A stretch of 64,000 nucleotides of DNA from Candidatus Chisholmbacteria bacterium RIFCSPHIGHO2_01_FULL_52_32 (GCA_001816585.1 MHCJ01000003.1:11013-75012), one strand, 5' to 3'; counted from the first letter of the stretch, positions 36,720 to 47,714 are shown. Notes: generated by a model not told the origin, from the letters alone. Program-made: numbers and translations.

Positions 36720-38093
36720 TTACTTCAGGTTGATGGCGTAGAGGTTGGCGGGAAGCTCTGACTGGGGGTTGAGGTTTGTAAGAATCAATAGCTTTGACCC
36801 ATCCGGCCAGGAGTAGGCGAATCGGTCCAAGAGGGAGCCGGCATAGACCGCCGCCCGATTGGTGCCATCGTATTCAAGAATGGTGATTTTGTCTTCTTCG
36901 GTTTGGATGAGGTGGTTTGAATCGGGGAACCACTGGAGTTGTCCCGCAGAGATCGGTGCGTACTGGGCAGCGAATTCGCTTATGGTGCTTTGGGTTGTTT
37001 CTTTCTGAAGTTTTGTGTAGGCACTCGGCGATGCTTCCTCAATAAACGGAAGGTTTTGCGTGATTCGATCGACGAGAAGGATTTTCTGACGGAGCGTCCC
37101 CAGTTCAGCGGGCGGTTCTTGTCTTTGGGCAATCAGGAAGTTCCTATCTTCCTTGAGGTCATAGACGTAAACGTTTCCGGGCTCGAGAAGACGCTGTTCC
37201 TGTTGTGTGCTTGAGGCAGGGAGAGGAGGGATGAGTTTTTCGGGAATCTCCGCTTCATTGGTGGCTGTTAAGAGAAGCTTCTCTTCGTCCGGAGAAAAGT
37301 AGAGATTTGTCGCGGAGCCGGTCGCGATGTTTTGCATTTCACTTGGCAAGGTGAGCAGCTGATCGTTTAACTTATGCGCAAGTTGCTCTTCCCATTGGGA
37401 GAAGATTACCGGGAGTCTTGCCGTTGCATCACGAAGTGCCTCCTCCCGGTTTAAGCCGCCGGCATCAAGGAGGATGTTGGTTTCGGATACCACGGTTTTC
37501 TCTCCTTCCGGAAAGTGGGCAAGGAGTTGGGCGGAGTCCGGCGACCACAAGAGTGTTGCGTTGCCGAAATCGAGATTTTCCGTGTTACGGACAATCTGGA
37601 TGGGGTCTTTGGAGAGCGAGAACGGCCTGGTAACCATGTCGAGGACCCAAACGCCTTTTTTTACGTCTTCACTTGAGGCGGTTACCACATAGGCGATTTT
37701 TTGGCCATCGGGACTCGGGGTAAGATTCTCGGCTCCGGTGAAGGTAAGCGGGCGAAGATCCGTGACGGATGGAAAGAGGCGGGCAATGGCTTGGGTGACG
37801 AGTTCCTCTTCAATTTTCAGGGTCTTTTTCCAGGAAATGTAGCCATCTTTCTTGATCTCTACCTCGTACTCTCCCGGAGGAAGGTTGGTCGTGTCGTTGG
37901 TGGCTGTCGTGAGTTTTCCATTGAGAAAGACTTGGGCACCGATAGGGACGGAGTTTGTCACCAAGAGGCCGGTGCCGCGGATTTCTCGTTTCCGAAGATC
38001 CGGGCGGTAACCTTTCGCGAACTGGATGGCGATGTAGGTACCCGCAACCAGAATAACCGCGGTGGCGATGGCGACGATGAGTTTACGATTCAT
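36720..38093 (-). CDS. PEGA-domain protein with TolB-like repeats
   Basis: SVPIGAQVFLNG..LPPGEYEVEIKKDGY; SPDG/WSPD/WPDG repeats. Confidence 0.88.
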   Translation of the reverse strand: MNRKLIVAIATAVILVAGTYIAIQFAKGYRPDLRKREIRGTGLLVTNSVPIGAQVFLNGKLTTATNDTTNLPPGEYEVEIKKDGYISWKKTLKIEEELVTQAIARLFPSVTDLRPLTFTGAENLTPSPDGQKIAYVVTASSEDVKKGVWVLDMVTRPFSLSKDPIQIVRNTENLDFGNATLLWSPDSAQLLAHFPEGEKTVVSETNILLDAGGLNREEALRDATARLPVIFSQWEEQLAHKLNDQLLTLPSEMQNIATGSATNLYFSPDEEKLLLTATNEAEIPEKLIPPLPASSTQQEQRLLEPGNVYVYDLKEDRNFLIAQRQEPPAELGTLRQKILLVDRITQNLPFIEEASPSAYTKLQKETTQSTISEFAAQYAPISAGQLQWFPDSNHLIQTEEDKITILEYDGTNRAAVYAGSLLDRFAYSWPDGSKLLILTNLNPQSELPANLYAINLK

Positions 38094-38183
38094 TCGGAAG
38101 TGAAGTCATTATAGCAGAAGGCAGAGAGCGGAGGGCGGAGAGGGTGTGATATACTTTTGCCGCCTCAAAGGAGAATCTTTACA

Positions 38184-39188
38184 ATGTTTGCGAAAAGACT
38201 TGGCATAGACTTAGGGACGGCCAATTCCGTTGTCTGGCTTGCAGGAAAGGGTATCGTTCTTAACGAGCCGACGGTGGTCGCGGTATCGATTGAAGATAAC
38301 CGGGTGGTAGCAGTTGGGAACGAGGCGCGCGAGATGCTGGGACGGACTCCCGGCAACATCGTTGCCAGCCGGCCGCTTCGGGATGGGGTGATTGCAGACT
38401 ATGCGGTCACCGAGGCGATGCTTCGGTTTTTCATCCAGCGCGTGGTGGGGAGGGCTTTCCTGTTTAAACCCGAGGTAATGATCTGTGTTCCCGCAGGATG
38501 CACCCAGGTTGAACGGCGGGCGGTTTTGGATGCGACCCTTTCCGCGGGAGCGCGGCATGCGTATCTCATCGATGAGCCGCTGGTCGCCGCAATCGGAGCC
38601 CAAGTCCCGATTGCACAAGCTTCGGGAAACATGATTGTGGATATCGGGGGAGGAGCGGCTGAAGCTGCGGTCATCTCACTTGGAGGTGTCGTGGTCCACA
38701 AGAGTGTTCGGATCGCGGGGAACAAAATTGATGAGGCGATTGCTTCGTTTATCCGTCGCAGCCACAACCTTATCGTCGGTGATCAGACCGCGGAGATGAT
38801 AAAGATTAAGATCGGATCTGCGACCCGGCTTGCGGAGGAAGAGAAGCTTGCGGTGAAGGGGAGGGATTCCATTGCCGGGCTTCCGAGAACCGTCACTATC
38901 ACGAGTACTGAGGTAACCGAGGCAATCCACCGGCCGCTTATGGCGATCATCGGAGCGGTGAAGGGCGTTTTGGAGCAGGTGCCGCCGGAATTGGCCTCGG
39001 ATATTATTGATAAGGGGATTGTGATGGCCGGTGGAACCAGTTTGCTCCGGAATTTGGATCTCCTGATGACCGAGGAAACGGGCGTGCCTTGCCATGTGTG
39101 TGAAGAACCCATGCTTGCGGTGGCGAAAGGGACGGGGATTGCCTTGGAGAATTTGGATTTGTACAAACGAAGCATTACGAGGAGATAA
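38184..39188 (+). CDS. mreB: Rod shape-determining protein MreB
   Basis: GIDLGTAN, PLRDGVIAD, DIGGG, PPELASDI. Confidence 0.95.
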   Translation: MFAKRLGIDLGTANSVVWLAGKGIVLNEPTVVAVSIEDNRVVAVGNEAREMLGRTPGNIVASRPLRDGVIADYAVTEAMLRFFIQRVVGRAFLFKPEVMICVPAGCTQVERRAVLDATLSAGARHAYLIDEPLVAAIGAQVPIAQASGNMIVDIGGGAAEAAVISLGGVVVHKSVRIAGNKIDEAIASFIRRSHNLIVGDQTAEMIKIKIGSATRLAEEEKLAVKGRDSIAGLPRTVTITSTEVTEAIHRPLMAIIGAVKGVLEQVPPELASDIIDKGIVMAGGTSLLRNLDLLMTEETGVPCHVCEEPMLAVAKGTGIALENLDLYKRSITRR

Positions 39189-39328
39189 GAGTAGGGTATA
39201 GGGCTTAGGATTTAGCTTATTGGCTTGTAGCTTCTTAGTTTAATTAGCCTCTAAGCACCTCGTTTTTCCTGACTACTGAATACTGAATACCCTGCCTGCA
39301 ATTTGCAGACTCCTGCTATCATAGCCTC

Positions 39329-40477
39329 ATGAATGTTGGCATTGACGCCTCAAGGGCATTTGTTTCAGAGCGAACCGGGACGGAGAAATACTCCTTAAAG
39401 CTTCTTGAGGCGTTGGGGAAGGTAGACGATAGGAATCGGTATATCATGTATACTCGTACCTTGAAAGGTCTGACCTTGCAAGGTGGGTCTGGTGGGCGGT
39501 TTGCTGTGCGGGAGATCGGGTGGCCGAGGCTGTGGACCCAAGGAGGCCTGGCCGCCCGCACGTGGGTTGACCGCTTAGATGTTCTTTTTATTCCGGCGCA
39601 CACCCTGCCGGTTCTGCGGCGGCCACGGCTTAAGACGGTCGTCACTATTCATGGGCTCGAGTATGAATATCTGCCGCAGTATTACCAGTTTCCCCAAAAA
39701 GTGTACCTCACGTGGTCCACACGCTATGCCGTGCGGTCTGCTACGCGACTGATTGCGGTTTCCCGCTTCACCGCTTCGGAGCTGGTTTCTCGGATGGGAG
39801 CTGATTCTTCAAAAATCCGTGTGATTCATGAAGGTGTTGATGCACTAGGTTATAGTAAATCATATAGCGATAATGTAAAGCATAGTGTTTTGGAGGGCTT
39901 TGGCGTTCGGAAACCCTACGTTCTGTTTGTCGGAGTGGTTCAGCCGAGGAAGAACCTTGTGCGGCTGGTTGAGGCGTTTTCGCTTACTGTGAACAGACTT
40001 TTGGGAGAAAGAAAGGGGTTTCCGGATCTTACCTTGGTCATTGCCGGAAAGCTTGGGTGGATGGTTGAGGAGACACTAAAGGCCCCGCAAAAGTTCGGGG
40101 TGGCGGATCGGGTGAAGTTTTTGGGCTTTGTGGAGGATAAGCATTTACCTTTTCTTATGCAGGAAGCGGAGCTTTTAGTGCAACCAAGCCTCACCGAGGG
40201 CTTTGGGTTACCGGTTTTAGAGGCAATGGCCGCCGGCACGCCGGTTGTGGCTGCTCGGGCGGGGGCATTGCCTGAGGTCTGCGGGGATGCAGCAATTCTC
40301 GTCGATCCTGTTGACGTTGTTAATATTGCAGATGGTCTGTTTCAAGGGCTGACTCACAAGGAGATGAGAAGAAGGCTGACGAAACTGGGTCTCGAGAGGG
40401 TGAAACAGTTTACTTGGGAAAAGGCGGCACAAAAGACACTTGAAGTGTTGGAAGAAGCGGTGGGGGAATCGAGGTAA
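39329..40477 (+). CDS. GT4 family glycosyltransferase
   Basis: QPRKNL, EGFGLPVLEAMAAG; in-frame REP at 39459-39483. Confidence 0.92.
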   Translation: MNVGIDASRAFVSERTGTEKYSLKLLEALGKVDDRNRYIMYTRTLKGLTLQGGSGGRFAVREIGWPRLWTQGGLAARTWVDRLDVLFIPAHTLPVLRRPRLKTVVTIHGLEYEYLPQYYQFPQKVYLTWSTRYAVRSATRLIAVSRFTASELVSRMGADSSKIRVIHEGVDALGYSKSYSDNVKHSVLEGFGVRKPYVLFVGVVQPRKNLVRLVEAFSLTVNRLLGERKGFPDLTLVIAGKLGWMVEETLKAPQKFGVADRVKFLGFVEDKHLPFLMQEAELLVQPSLTEGFGLPVLEAMAAGTPVVAARAGALPEVCGDAAILVDPVDVVNIADGLFQGLTHKEMRRRLTKLGLERVKQFTWEKAAQKTLEVLEEAVGESR

Positions 40478-40797
40478 TAGGCATTAGGGTATAGGGTTTA
40501 GGCTAAGGCAGAAAGATTCATGATTTACGATTGATGAATCATGAACTGCTGAAAACTGAATACTGAATACTGAATTCTGAATTCATAATACTGTCCTGAA
40601 GAACAATGCTATATTTTCAACGATTTACGAGTGTTTTTCCAGATGTTCAATGGGGAAAGTTACCAGAGTAATACTGAGTATAGAAGCTGTGCAATGTGGG
40701 CGATTATTGCTATGATTTTGGAAATGAATAGTCTTATAGTATCATCCTCTTTGTCTTATTGAGGCGGACGATAGAGCAGCAACGACACAAAACTTAG

Positions 40798-41009
40798 ATA
40801 CCCTCAACCACTATTCTTGGCGTTCGTGTTTCGCGGGTGTCCAAGCGGGAGACTCTGACCTGGATCACGGGGGAATCACGAAAGGGGAGAGAAAACTGGT
40901 GCTAACACCTAACCCGGAGCAGGTAATGATGGCTCAAAAGGATTGGTCCTTCCGACAAATCCTGAGTAAGGCCGACTTAGCACTCTCCGACGGGGTTGGC
41001 TCGCTGTAG
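40798..41009 (+). pseudogene. Frameshifted, truncated WecB/TagA/CpsF (WecG-like) glycosyltransferase 5' fragment
   Basis: ILGVRVSRVSKRETLTWI, then a shifted frame giving KLVLTPNPEQVMMAQKDWSFRQILSKADLALSDGVG*. Confidence 0.8.
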
Positions 41010-41103
41010 TAGGAGTACTGTTTTCACGATTGACTGTTACGGTACAATGAGGGTTGTATTTAGATTGGTGAATCGATTACTTTCTCAACGCTGAAAGGGT
41101 GGG

Positions 41104-42759
41104 ATGAGTCCAAGATACGGCGGCAGGGAATTGTCTCCGGAATACCGGGCGGCAGGTGGTTTGGTGGTGTTGGGGTTGGCTTTGTCAGCCTGTACCACTG
41201 AGGCGCAAGCGACCATCACACCAGAACAATTCCCCACGCAGCCAAGATCGACCGAGGTATTACCGAGCCCGACACCTGAATTCAGTGTGGGGCGGACGCA
41301 GAGTCAAGAGGATATTCGGGTTGGTTTGGGGCGGGCAGTGGGAGCAGGTGGACCGGAGAGTTTTCAACGATTCGAGCAGATACACAACAACTCCTTACTT
41401 CAAGATGCGCTAAACCGTGTGGGGTTAAACCCTTGGATTGGCGAACTATTGAATGGGCGGAGCATTTTGACCCAAGTCGGGACTCACTCCGATGGGAGAC
41501 GGACCTGTTTCCCAACGATGCCTGAGCTCATCTATAATCCCGATGTTCCTGCGCGCCCCGGGCAGGAGTCCGGCCAAGATGATTGGCTATCCACAAACAA
41601 CTTTGTGGTTTCTTACGGGGATGGGGTGACTCGGTCAGAGAGACTTAAGGCAATTTCAGCTGTGACGCTGCGGAATACAACGGAAGATGTTATTTGTGTG
41701 AATACTTATGTCAGCAGGGATAGACCGAACCCATATGGGAAAAAACCCGGGACGCTCCTCAATGTCCTTATCAACCGGCAAACGGGGAGGATCTACGGGA
41801 CACTCCGAGCGGCATATGCCCAAACTGATCAAGTCGAGTTTGATGCGCGGACTGGTTCCGTCTTTGTCAACGGGGTAGAGACTTGGTATGAGGGGGAGGG
41901 GATGGCGGATCTGGTTATTCCCCCTGATCCCATGGAGCTCGGCAGACAGCTTCCCGGGGTTACCGAAGTCCTCAAACTTGGGGATGAGACGTTGGCCTAT
42001 GGGCGCCCCGGCCAGATGCCTTTGTTTAAGTTCAATACCGACACCGGAGAATGGGCGACGTTTGTGAGGGACACGGGATTTGCGCTAGTAAAGGAGTGGA
42101 TGAATATTCCGGAGAGCATGCTCAAGCCGCTGTCCGTGGAACGCACCCAGTCCATGCGGTTTGTGGACGGACAGGGAGATCCGCTGCCCTACGGCTATAT
42201 TGGGTACATGAGGCAGGGTATGTTGGCTTTGGATGGGATCCATAAAACGTGGTACCTCAGTGATCCGGTTGTTTCGGGCGATGAGGGTGTTAATGTTCTG
42301 CTCCATGGTAGATTACGTGGTGTTCTTGCTGATCTTCATCAGCTACCTCCGGGATTTAACCCCGACTATACAACTCGATGGGCTATCCTTGAGTTTCCCA
42401 TCGAGCGGGTTGACCCGGCTACCGGGGATTTGCGCTGGACCGGTGATTCGCAGTTTGCAGCCGTCGGGCTCCAGTACGGTCCAGGAAATGATATTATCCG
42501 CATTCCCGTCCGTTTCCTTGAGGGGAGAAACATCGAAAACCAGAAGGTTCTTGGGAGAACGCCCACTACCATTACGGACATCATTCAACAGATGCCCGAG
42601 GGTGCATCGGTCATCCTTGGGGTTCCGACTAGTTTCCGTAGTCGGGGGAGCGATCATGCCGCAAGTGTGTTTGATGCCTTCAGGAGAGGCGAGCTTATCA
42701 CCGATTCAATCCCATTTGATACTCTTGTTCAGATAATAGATTCTTCGTTTTCTGACTAG
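41104..42759 (+). CDS. Hypothetical lipoprotein
   Basis: Lipobox LALSAC; 551-aa ORF. Confidence 0.78.
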   Translation: MSPRYGGRELSPEYRAAGGLVVLGLALSACTTEAQATITPEQFPTQPRSTEVLPSPTPEFSVGRTQSQEDIRVGLGRAVGAGGPESFQRFEQIHNNSLLQDALNRVGLNPWIGELLNGRSILTQVGTHSDGRRTCFPTMPELIYNPDVPARPGQESGQDDWLSTNNFVVSYGDGVTRSERLKAISAVTLRNTTEDVICVNTYVSRDRPNPYGKKPGTLLNVLINRQTGRIYGTLRAAYAQTDQVEFDARTGSVFVNGVETWYEGEGMADLVIPPDPMELGRQLPGVTEVLKLGDETLAYGRPGQMPLFKFNTDTGEWATFVRDTGFALVKEWMNIPESMLKPLSVERTQSMRFVDGQGDPLPYGYIGYMRQGMLALDGIHKTWYLSDPVVSGDEGVNVLLHGRLRGVLADLHQLPPGFNPDYTTRWAILEFPIERVDPATGDLRWTGDSQFAAVGLQYGPGNDIIRIPVRFLEGRNIENQKVLGRTPTTITDIIQQMPEGASVILGVPTSFRSRGSDHAASVFDAFRRGELITDSIPFDTLVQIIDSSFSD

Positions 42760-42852
42760 CCTTGGAATTTCTCAACCCCCCCCGTTTAGGGTATTGTTCG
42801 TCTTGCATCCATTGCATCTTTTCGGTAGTCTGGTTCTTAGGATGTTTTTGGT

Positions 42853-43491
42853 ATGAATAGAATGCTGTCCTTCTTGAGAGAGCGATCTTCGGCAATCGCC
42901 GGTGTTTTGTTGCTGGTTCTGCTGGTGGGGCTTGCAGTTTTTTTGTACTTTCGCACCCGCGTACTTGAGGTTCCGCCTCCGGAACCGTCAGCTGAACCGG
43001 CAGTCACGAGTATCCTAAACCAGCCAAATAATCCAATTCAGAAGTATCCCGGTGCAGATAAGCGGAGCTTTCTCTATAAGCTCGAGGGGAGCTTCGTCGG
43101 AACAATTGCGCAGGATCAGTTCCGTGAGGATAAAGCATGGGTTGGGAAATTCGTCCTGCGTGGTGACTCCTTGAAACGAGAAATTCCCCTTCTTATTGGA
43201 ATACCGGAAGACACCGTGTTATTCGGTATTTTTGAGGGCACATTATCCGGCGACTCAACCTGGAAGATTCGGGGGATGGCTGATGTAGCAATCGAGCTCA
43301 AGCCCGGAGAACTGGTATTGATCCAATCCGAGCAGAAGCTCCCGCCTGACCTTGCCGTTGTTCCTGACTATTTCAGGTCAAATCAGCAAGTGTTAGATAC
43401 ACTGGCCGGAGAGTTTAATACCAAGGAATTTGGGTACACTATTCCGTCTGATTATACATTGATTGTTACCGGCATTGGTGTCGCGCGATGA
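42853..43491 (+). CDS. Hypothetical membrane-anchored protein
   Basis: N-terminal TM; ATGA overlap with next gene. Confidence 0.8.
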   Translation: MNRMLSFLRERSSAIAGVLLLVLLVGLAVFLYFRTRVLEVPPPEPSAEPAVTSILNQPNNPIQKYPGADKRSFLYKLEGSFVGTIAQDQFREDKAWVGKFVLRGDSLKREIPLLIGIPEDTVLFGIFEGTLSGDSTWKIRGMADVAIELKPGELVLIQSEQKLPPDLAVVPDYFRSNQQVLDTLAGEFNTKEFGYTIPSDYTLIVTGIGVAR

Positions 43492-45908
43492 GACAGAAAT
43501 TCTTACTGCTCTCAATATCTATTTTGATCCTGGTTGGCGGAATGTTCTTTCTACTTCGAGAACAGAAAGCCTACGGTCAAATCATTGACGGCCATCCGGC
43601 GTGTGGAGGTTCGAAGCCCGCTTGTTGGTCGACAAGAACAGCTGAACGATGGGCCTGTTCCGCTTGTCCTTCCACTGCATTACGTTGTCAGGGCCATATT
43701 TCCTGGGGATGTGCGAGATGCTCAAACTTCCCTGATGCTGCTTGTAGCTCTGACGCTGACTGTGACTTCGGACCCTATTATCCAGCTGGGACATGTGGGG
43801 CATCAAATGCCGCTTGTGCTGGACAAGGTCCGTGTATCTACGTGTGTGTGAATTCACCCTACCCAACGTCCCAGTGTGAAAACTTTTCCGATAATCTGGC
43901 ATGTAATAACGTTTCTGGGTCATCTTGTAATTGGCAGGGATATCTTGAGAATTGTACTTCTTCAGTTGATTCGTGCGATCTTGACCTGACTTGGACTACA
44001 TTGAGCTGTTGTGGTCCGGGTTCGAGCTCGCCGACTCCGACACCGGTTCCACCCACCCCTGCTCCAACTCCCATACCGACTCCGACACCGATTCCCGGGT
44101 GTACAGCAACTGCACCAACCAATTTGACCACCCCTGGGATAACAGGCAGCGGGGCTACCCTACAGTGGACACCCGGAACAGGAGGGACCAAGCAGCAGGT
44201 GATGCTCGGAACCGTACTCTCTGAAGTGTCCGCGGGGTGTCCTTCCGGGTTCGGAGGTACTTGTCTTATAATTGCCGACAATCTGTCTACCACGAAGAAC
44301 TTCTTTAGCACTGACCTTGATGACCGAGGGGATGGCAGCGGTCCTGCGGTGCTTTCACCCAATACCCTTTACTATTGGAGAGTGGTGAACTACCTGGATG
44401 CAGCTTGTTCCGCCTCGGCCGTCTCTTCCTTTACGACGGCGATTCCGGTTTGTTCCGCACCCTTGAATCTCACGGGAACCACCGCTTGCGATGCCAGCGA
44501 CAGCCTTTTAGATATCACCTGGAGGTGGAATGTGGTAACTGGGGCGACGCAATACCTTTTCCAGGCAGATAACACCTCAAATCTCTTCCCGAGCCCTGAA
44601 GTGAGTAATGGTCTTGATGCCAGCGCTGTCTGCAGCGGGGCAACCTGTACCTATATCACTAATAACATCACGCCGGGTACCTGGTACGGCCGCGTCAAGG
44701 TGTTGGTATCGGATGGGAGCTGTGACTATTCTAATCCGCCTTGGAGCTTGGTAACTTCCGTCACGAATACGTGTACGGCGGCGTTCACGGGAACGGTGTA
44801 TAACGATCTTGCGCTTGATGCCTATCTGTCGGGAGGCGTCTGCGTCAATCCTACCCCAGACAGCGGAACACAGCCAGGGGCGAGTTCGCGGGTTCGGGTG
44901 AATGACAGCCTGGGTGGGCTGGAGACCGGGCCTGTCGGAGGCGGCGGTGCGTATACGGTTTCCGGGGTTCCGATCAGCCTGACGGGGAACCAACCTCTGC
45001 TTGAGAATATGGATGCGGGGTGGGTCTGCAAGTGTCCGGCCGGCTGTGCCTATGGGGCAAACTTTGCCTCGCCTGCTTCCGGGGTCAATTTCTTTGTGAC
45101 GCAGCGCCAAGGCGGGTGGGCCCAGACCGTAGGCGGAGATGTCATGGTAGGGGCGGATCCTTTAGCCTCTGGCGATATCAGCATTCCGATTCCCGGAACA
45201 TGTTCTTCTTTCCCGACCTGTACACCGCAATTCTCGCTTGCCGGTACGGATTCCGTGGGTGTTGTCCAAGCCACAGGGACGGTCAGCTTTGACCCGAGTG
45301 GTGCGGTTTCTTCAACGGGCTGGCAGGCAGCTAGCGGGTACTCCGGCCCCCAGTTCCGCCATGCCTTTTGGCGGAAGGAAGCCAGAACCGTGGTTCCGAT
45401 TGCGAATCTGACCACTCGTCCTGCTGCCGGTGGCCCCACCTTTGAAGTCCAAAGCGCAACAGACATCACCCTGACAGGGGCGAATTGGCAAAATATTCCA
45501 CAGCCTTTAACCATCTTTGTCACCTTCACGGACCCGAATCCCTTGAACCGAACCCTGACGATCAACCCCGATCAGCACGAAATCACCATGAATCCTCTTG
45601 GGATGCTGACCATCATCACCAACGGGAATATCCAGGCGGCTGATACACTCACCCGGCTTGAAGGTGTCTATCTTACCGATGGTCAGTTTCGCACCTGCGC
45701 TTCGGCGACCTGCGGAACTACCCTTGCGGATCAATTCAGGTTCCGCGGATCGGTTATTGCCTGGGGTGGAGTTGAGCTCGCCCGTGATTTGGATCTGGAC
45801 AATCGAATGGCCCCGGCGGAGCTGTTTACCTACGAACCGGAGTTTTTATCACGGCTTCCCGATTTCATCCAACGTTCCATCTTCTCCTGGCATGAAGTAG
45901 CTCCGTAG
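43488..45908 (+). CDS. Large secreted Cys-rich protein with FN3-like domains and a PilX-like C-terminal region
   Basis: Signal peptide, Cys-rich N-terminus, PT linker, LSPNTLYYWRV, terminal WHEVAP. Confidence 0.8.
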   Translation: MRQKFLLLSISILILVGGMFFLLREQKAYGQIIDGHPACGGSKPACWSTRTAERWACSACPSTALRCQGHISWGCARCSNFPDAACSSDADCDFGPYYPAGTCGASNAACAGQGPCIYVCVNSPYPTSQCENFSDNLACNNVSGSSCNWQGYLENCTSSVDSCDLDLTWTTLSCCGPGSSSPTPTPVPPTPAPTPIPTPTPIPGCTATAPTNLTTPGITGSGATLQWTPGTGGTKQQVMLGTVLSEVSAGCPSGFGGTCLIIADNLSTTKNFFSTDLDDRGDGSGPAVLSPNTLYYWRVVNYLDAACSASAVSSFTTAIPVCSAPLNLTGTTACDASDSLLDITWRWNVVTGATQYLFQADNTSNLFPSPEVSNGLDASAVCSGATCTYITNNITPGTWYGRVKVLVSDGSCDYSNPPWSLVTSVTNTCTAAFTGTVYNDLALDAYLSGGVCVNPTPDSGTQPGASSRVRVNDSLGGLETGPVGGGGAYTVSGVPISLTGNQPLLENMDAGWVCKCPAGCAYGANFASPASGVNFFVTQRQGGWAQTVGGDVMVGADPLASGDISIPIPGTCSSFPTCTPQFSLAGTDSVGVVQATGTVSFDPSGAVSSTGWQAASGYSGPQFRHAFWRKEARTVVPIANLTTRPAAGGPTFEVQSATDITLTGANWQNIPQPLTIFVTFTDPNPLNRTLTINPDQHEITMNPLGMLTIITNGNIQAADTLTRLEGVYLTDGQFRTCASATCGTTLADQFRFRGSVIAWGGVELARDLDLDNRMAPAELFTYEPEFLSRLPDFIQRSIFSWHEVAP

Positions 45909-45909
45909 A

Positions 45910-46027
45910 GATAGGGGATAGGGTTTAGGGTTTAGGGTTTAGCATTCATTTTCAATCATCAGTCTTCAGTTCTCAGTCATCAGCCATTAGCTATTGGCCA
46001 TCTACTATCTGCCATACGCCATTTGCA
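45910..46027. repeat. Heptamer repeats (TTTAGGG; TCTTCAG; GCCATYW)
   Basis: Three unit types in series. Confidence 0.85.
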
Positions 46028-46091
46028 CTCATAACCCCTTACAGCATACTTCTTACTCCATACTTCTCCCTGTGTTATACTCGACCGTAGC

Positions 46092-47615
46092 ATGCCGAAA
46101 CGGAGACTTAGGATTTTTATTGTTGCGGCGGAGGTGGCGCCGTTTTCTTCGGTCGGAGGACTTTCGCAGGTCATGTACTTTCTCCCGAAAGCCTTGGCAA
46201 ACTTAGGCCATGAGGTACGCGTCCTGACTCCGAAATACGGAACCTTGGACGAGAAACGTTATCCGCTCTCCGTGGTGTATAAAGGCCTGCGCGTCCCGAC
46301 CGGGGAACGGGAGGGAACCACGGAGCTGGTGTGCAACATCAAAGCTTCCCGAAAAGGGGCCCGGGATCCTCAAGTGCTTTTTCTTGAGAACATGGAGTAT
46401 TACGAACAGCGGAGTAACGTCTACGGCTACAACGATGACCACATTCGCTTTGCCCTCCTTTCCAGGGGGGCAGTTGCGTTTTTACTGAAGGACAAGTGGA
46501 TCCCCGATATCATCCATACGAACGACTGGCATACCGCTTATCTTGTCAACGATCTCCGAACACGTTATGCAGGAGACCCTAAGCTTTCGAAGGTGGCAAC
46601 GCTTCTCTCCATGCACAACCTCCACCAAGGCTGGTTTGATTTTTCCAATGCCTCCGATCTGGATTTTGACGACGGCAAGGGGCCGCTGGCTAGTTTTTTT
46701 TCCGATCGCCTGTTTAAGCAAAATTCCCTCAAAAGAGGGATCATCTACTCCGATGCAGTCAATACGGTTTCGGAGACCTATGCCCGCGAAATCATGACGG
46801 AGGAGTTCGGAGCCGGCCTTGAGAACCTCATTAAAGAGGTGAGAACCAAGGTTTTCGGGATCCTCAACGGGATTGATTACACGGATTTCAATCCCTCAAC
46901 CGATCCGCTCATCAAGAAGAACTTTTCTTTGTCAACCCTTGCGGATCGGGTGGAGAACAAGGTTGACCTCCAGAAAGAGTTTGATTTGACCGTTGATCCT
47001 TCGATTCCGATCCTTTCCATTATGGGGAGGCTTGATACCCAGAAGGGATTGAACTTGGTCATGGATGTGCTTCCGTTTGTCCTTGATGAATACAATGTGC
47101 AGTTCATCGCCATGGGGGGTGGAGACCCCCAGTATCGGGATTTTTTCCTTGACCTTGAGAAGCGGTACCCGAAGCGCGTCGGAACTCACCTGATGCCGAA
47201 TTTCACGCTTCCGAGAAAGATTTTTGCCGGGACCGACTTACTCCTCCTGCCAAGCCGGTGGGAGCCGGGCGGAATCGTGGCGATTGAGGGTATGCGGTAT
47301 GGGGCGGTTCCGCTCGTTAGGACAACCGGGGGCTTGGCGGATTCCGTTTCGGAGTTCGATCTTGTCAGCGGGAAGGGGACCGGGTTTACCTTCGAGCATT
47401 TCCATTCGTTGGCGTTCATGGGGGCGTTGACGCGAGCCCTGGTGCTTTTTTCGCAAGCGAAGCTTTGGAAGAAGCTGGTCCGAAACTGCATGCTGGCGGA
47501 TTTCTCCTGGAAGAAGGCGGCAAAGCGGTACGAGGAGATGTATTTTCGGGCGATTGATTTTCGATCAAAGCAGCTGAAGAAAAACCCGGGCGAAGCGTAT
47601 CAGGTGGAATATTAA
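46092..47615 (+). CDS. glgA: Glycogen/starch synthase (GT5), paralog 1
   Basis: AAEVAPFSSVGGL, HTNDWHTA, GILNGID, PSRWEPGG, TGGLADSV. Confidence 0.9.
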   Translation: MPKRRLRIFIVAAEVAPFSSVGGLSQVMYFLPKALANLGHEVRVLTPKYGTLDEKRYPLSVVYKGLRVPTGEREGTTELVCNIKASRKGARDPQVLFLENMEYYEQRSNVYGYNDDHIRFALLSRGAVAFLLKDKWIPDIIHTNDWHTAYLVNDLRTRYAGDPKLSKVATLLSMHNLHQGWFDFSNASDLDFDDGKGPLASFFSDRLFKQNSLKRGIIYSDAVNTVSETYAREIMTEEFGAGLENLIKEVRTKVFGILNGIDYTDFNPSTDPLIKKNFSLSTLADRVENKVDLQKEFDLTVDPSIPILSIMGRLDTQKGLNLVMDVLPFVLDEYNVQFIAMGGGDPQYRDFFLDLEKRYPKRVGTHLMPNFTLPRKIFAGTDLLLLPSRWEPGGIVAIEGMRYGAVPLVRTTGGLADSVSEFDLVSGKGTGFTFEHFHSLAFMGALTRALVLFSQAKLWKKLVRNCMLADFSWKKAAKRYEEMYFRAIDFRSKQLKKNPGEAYQVEY

Positions 47616-47714
47616 AACATAGGGTATAGGGTTTAGGGTATAGGGTTTAAGTGGCATGTGACGTTTTCGTTTTCACTTTTGACTTTTGAGATTTGACTTT
47701 TGCGTATATTACCC

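Noticed and set aside
45920-45942. (TTTAGGG)n identical to the plant telomere repeat
   Set aside because: It is one of many degenerate heptamer families embedded among bacterial genes, not contamination or a telomere
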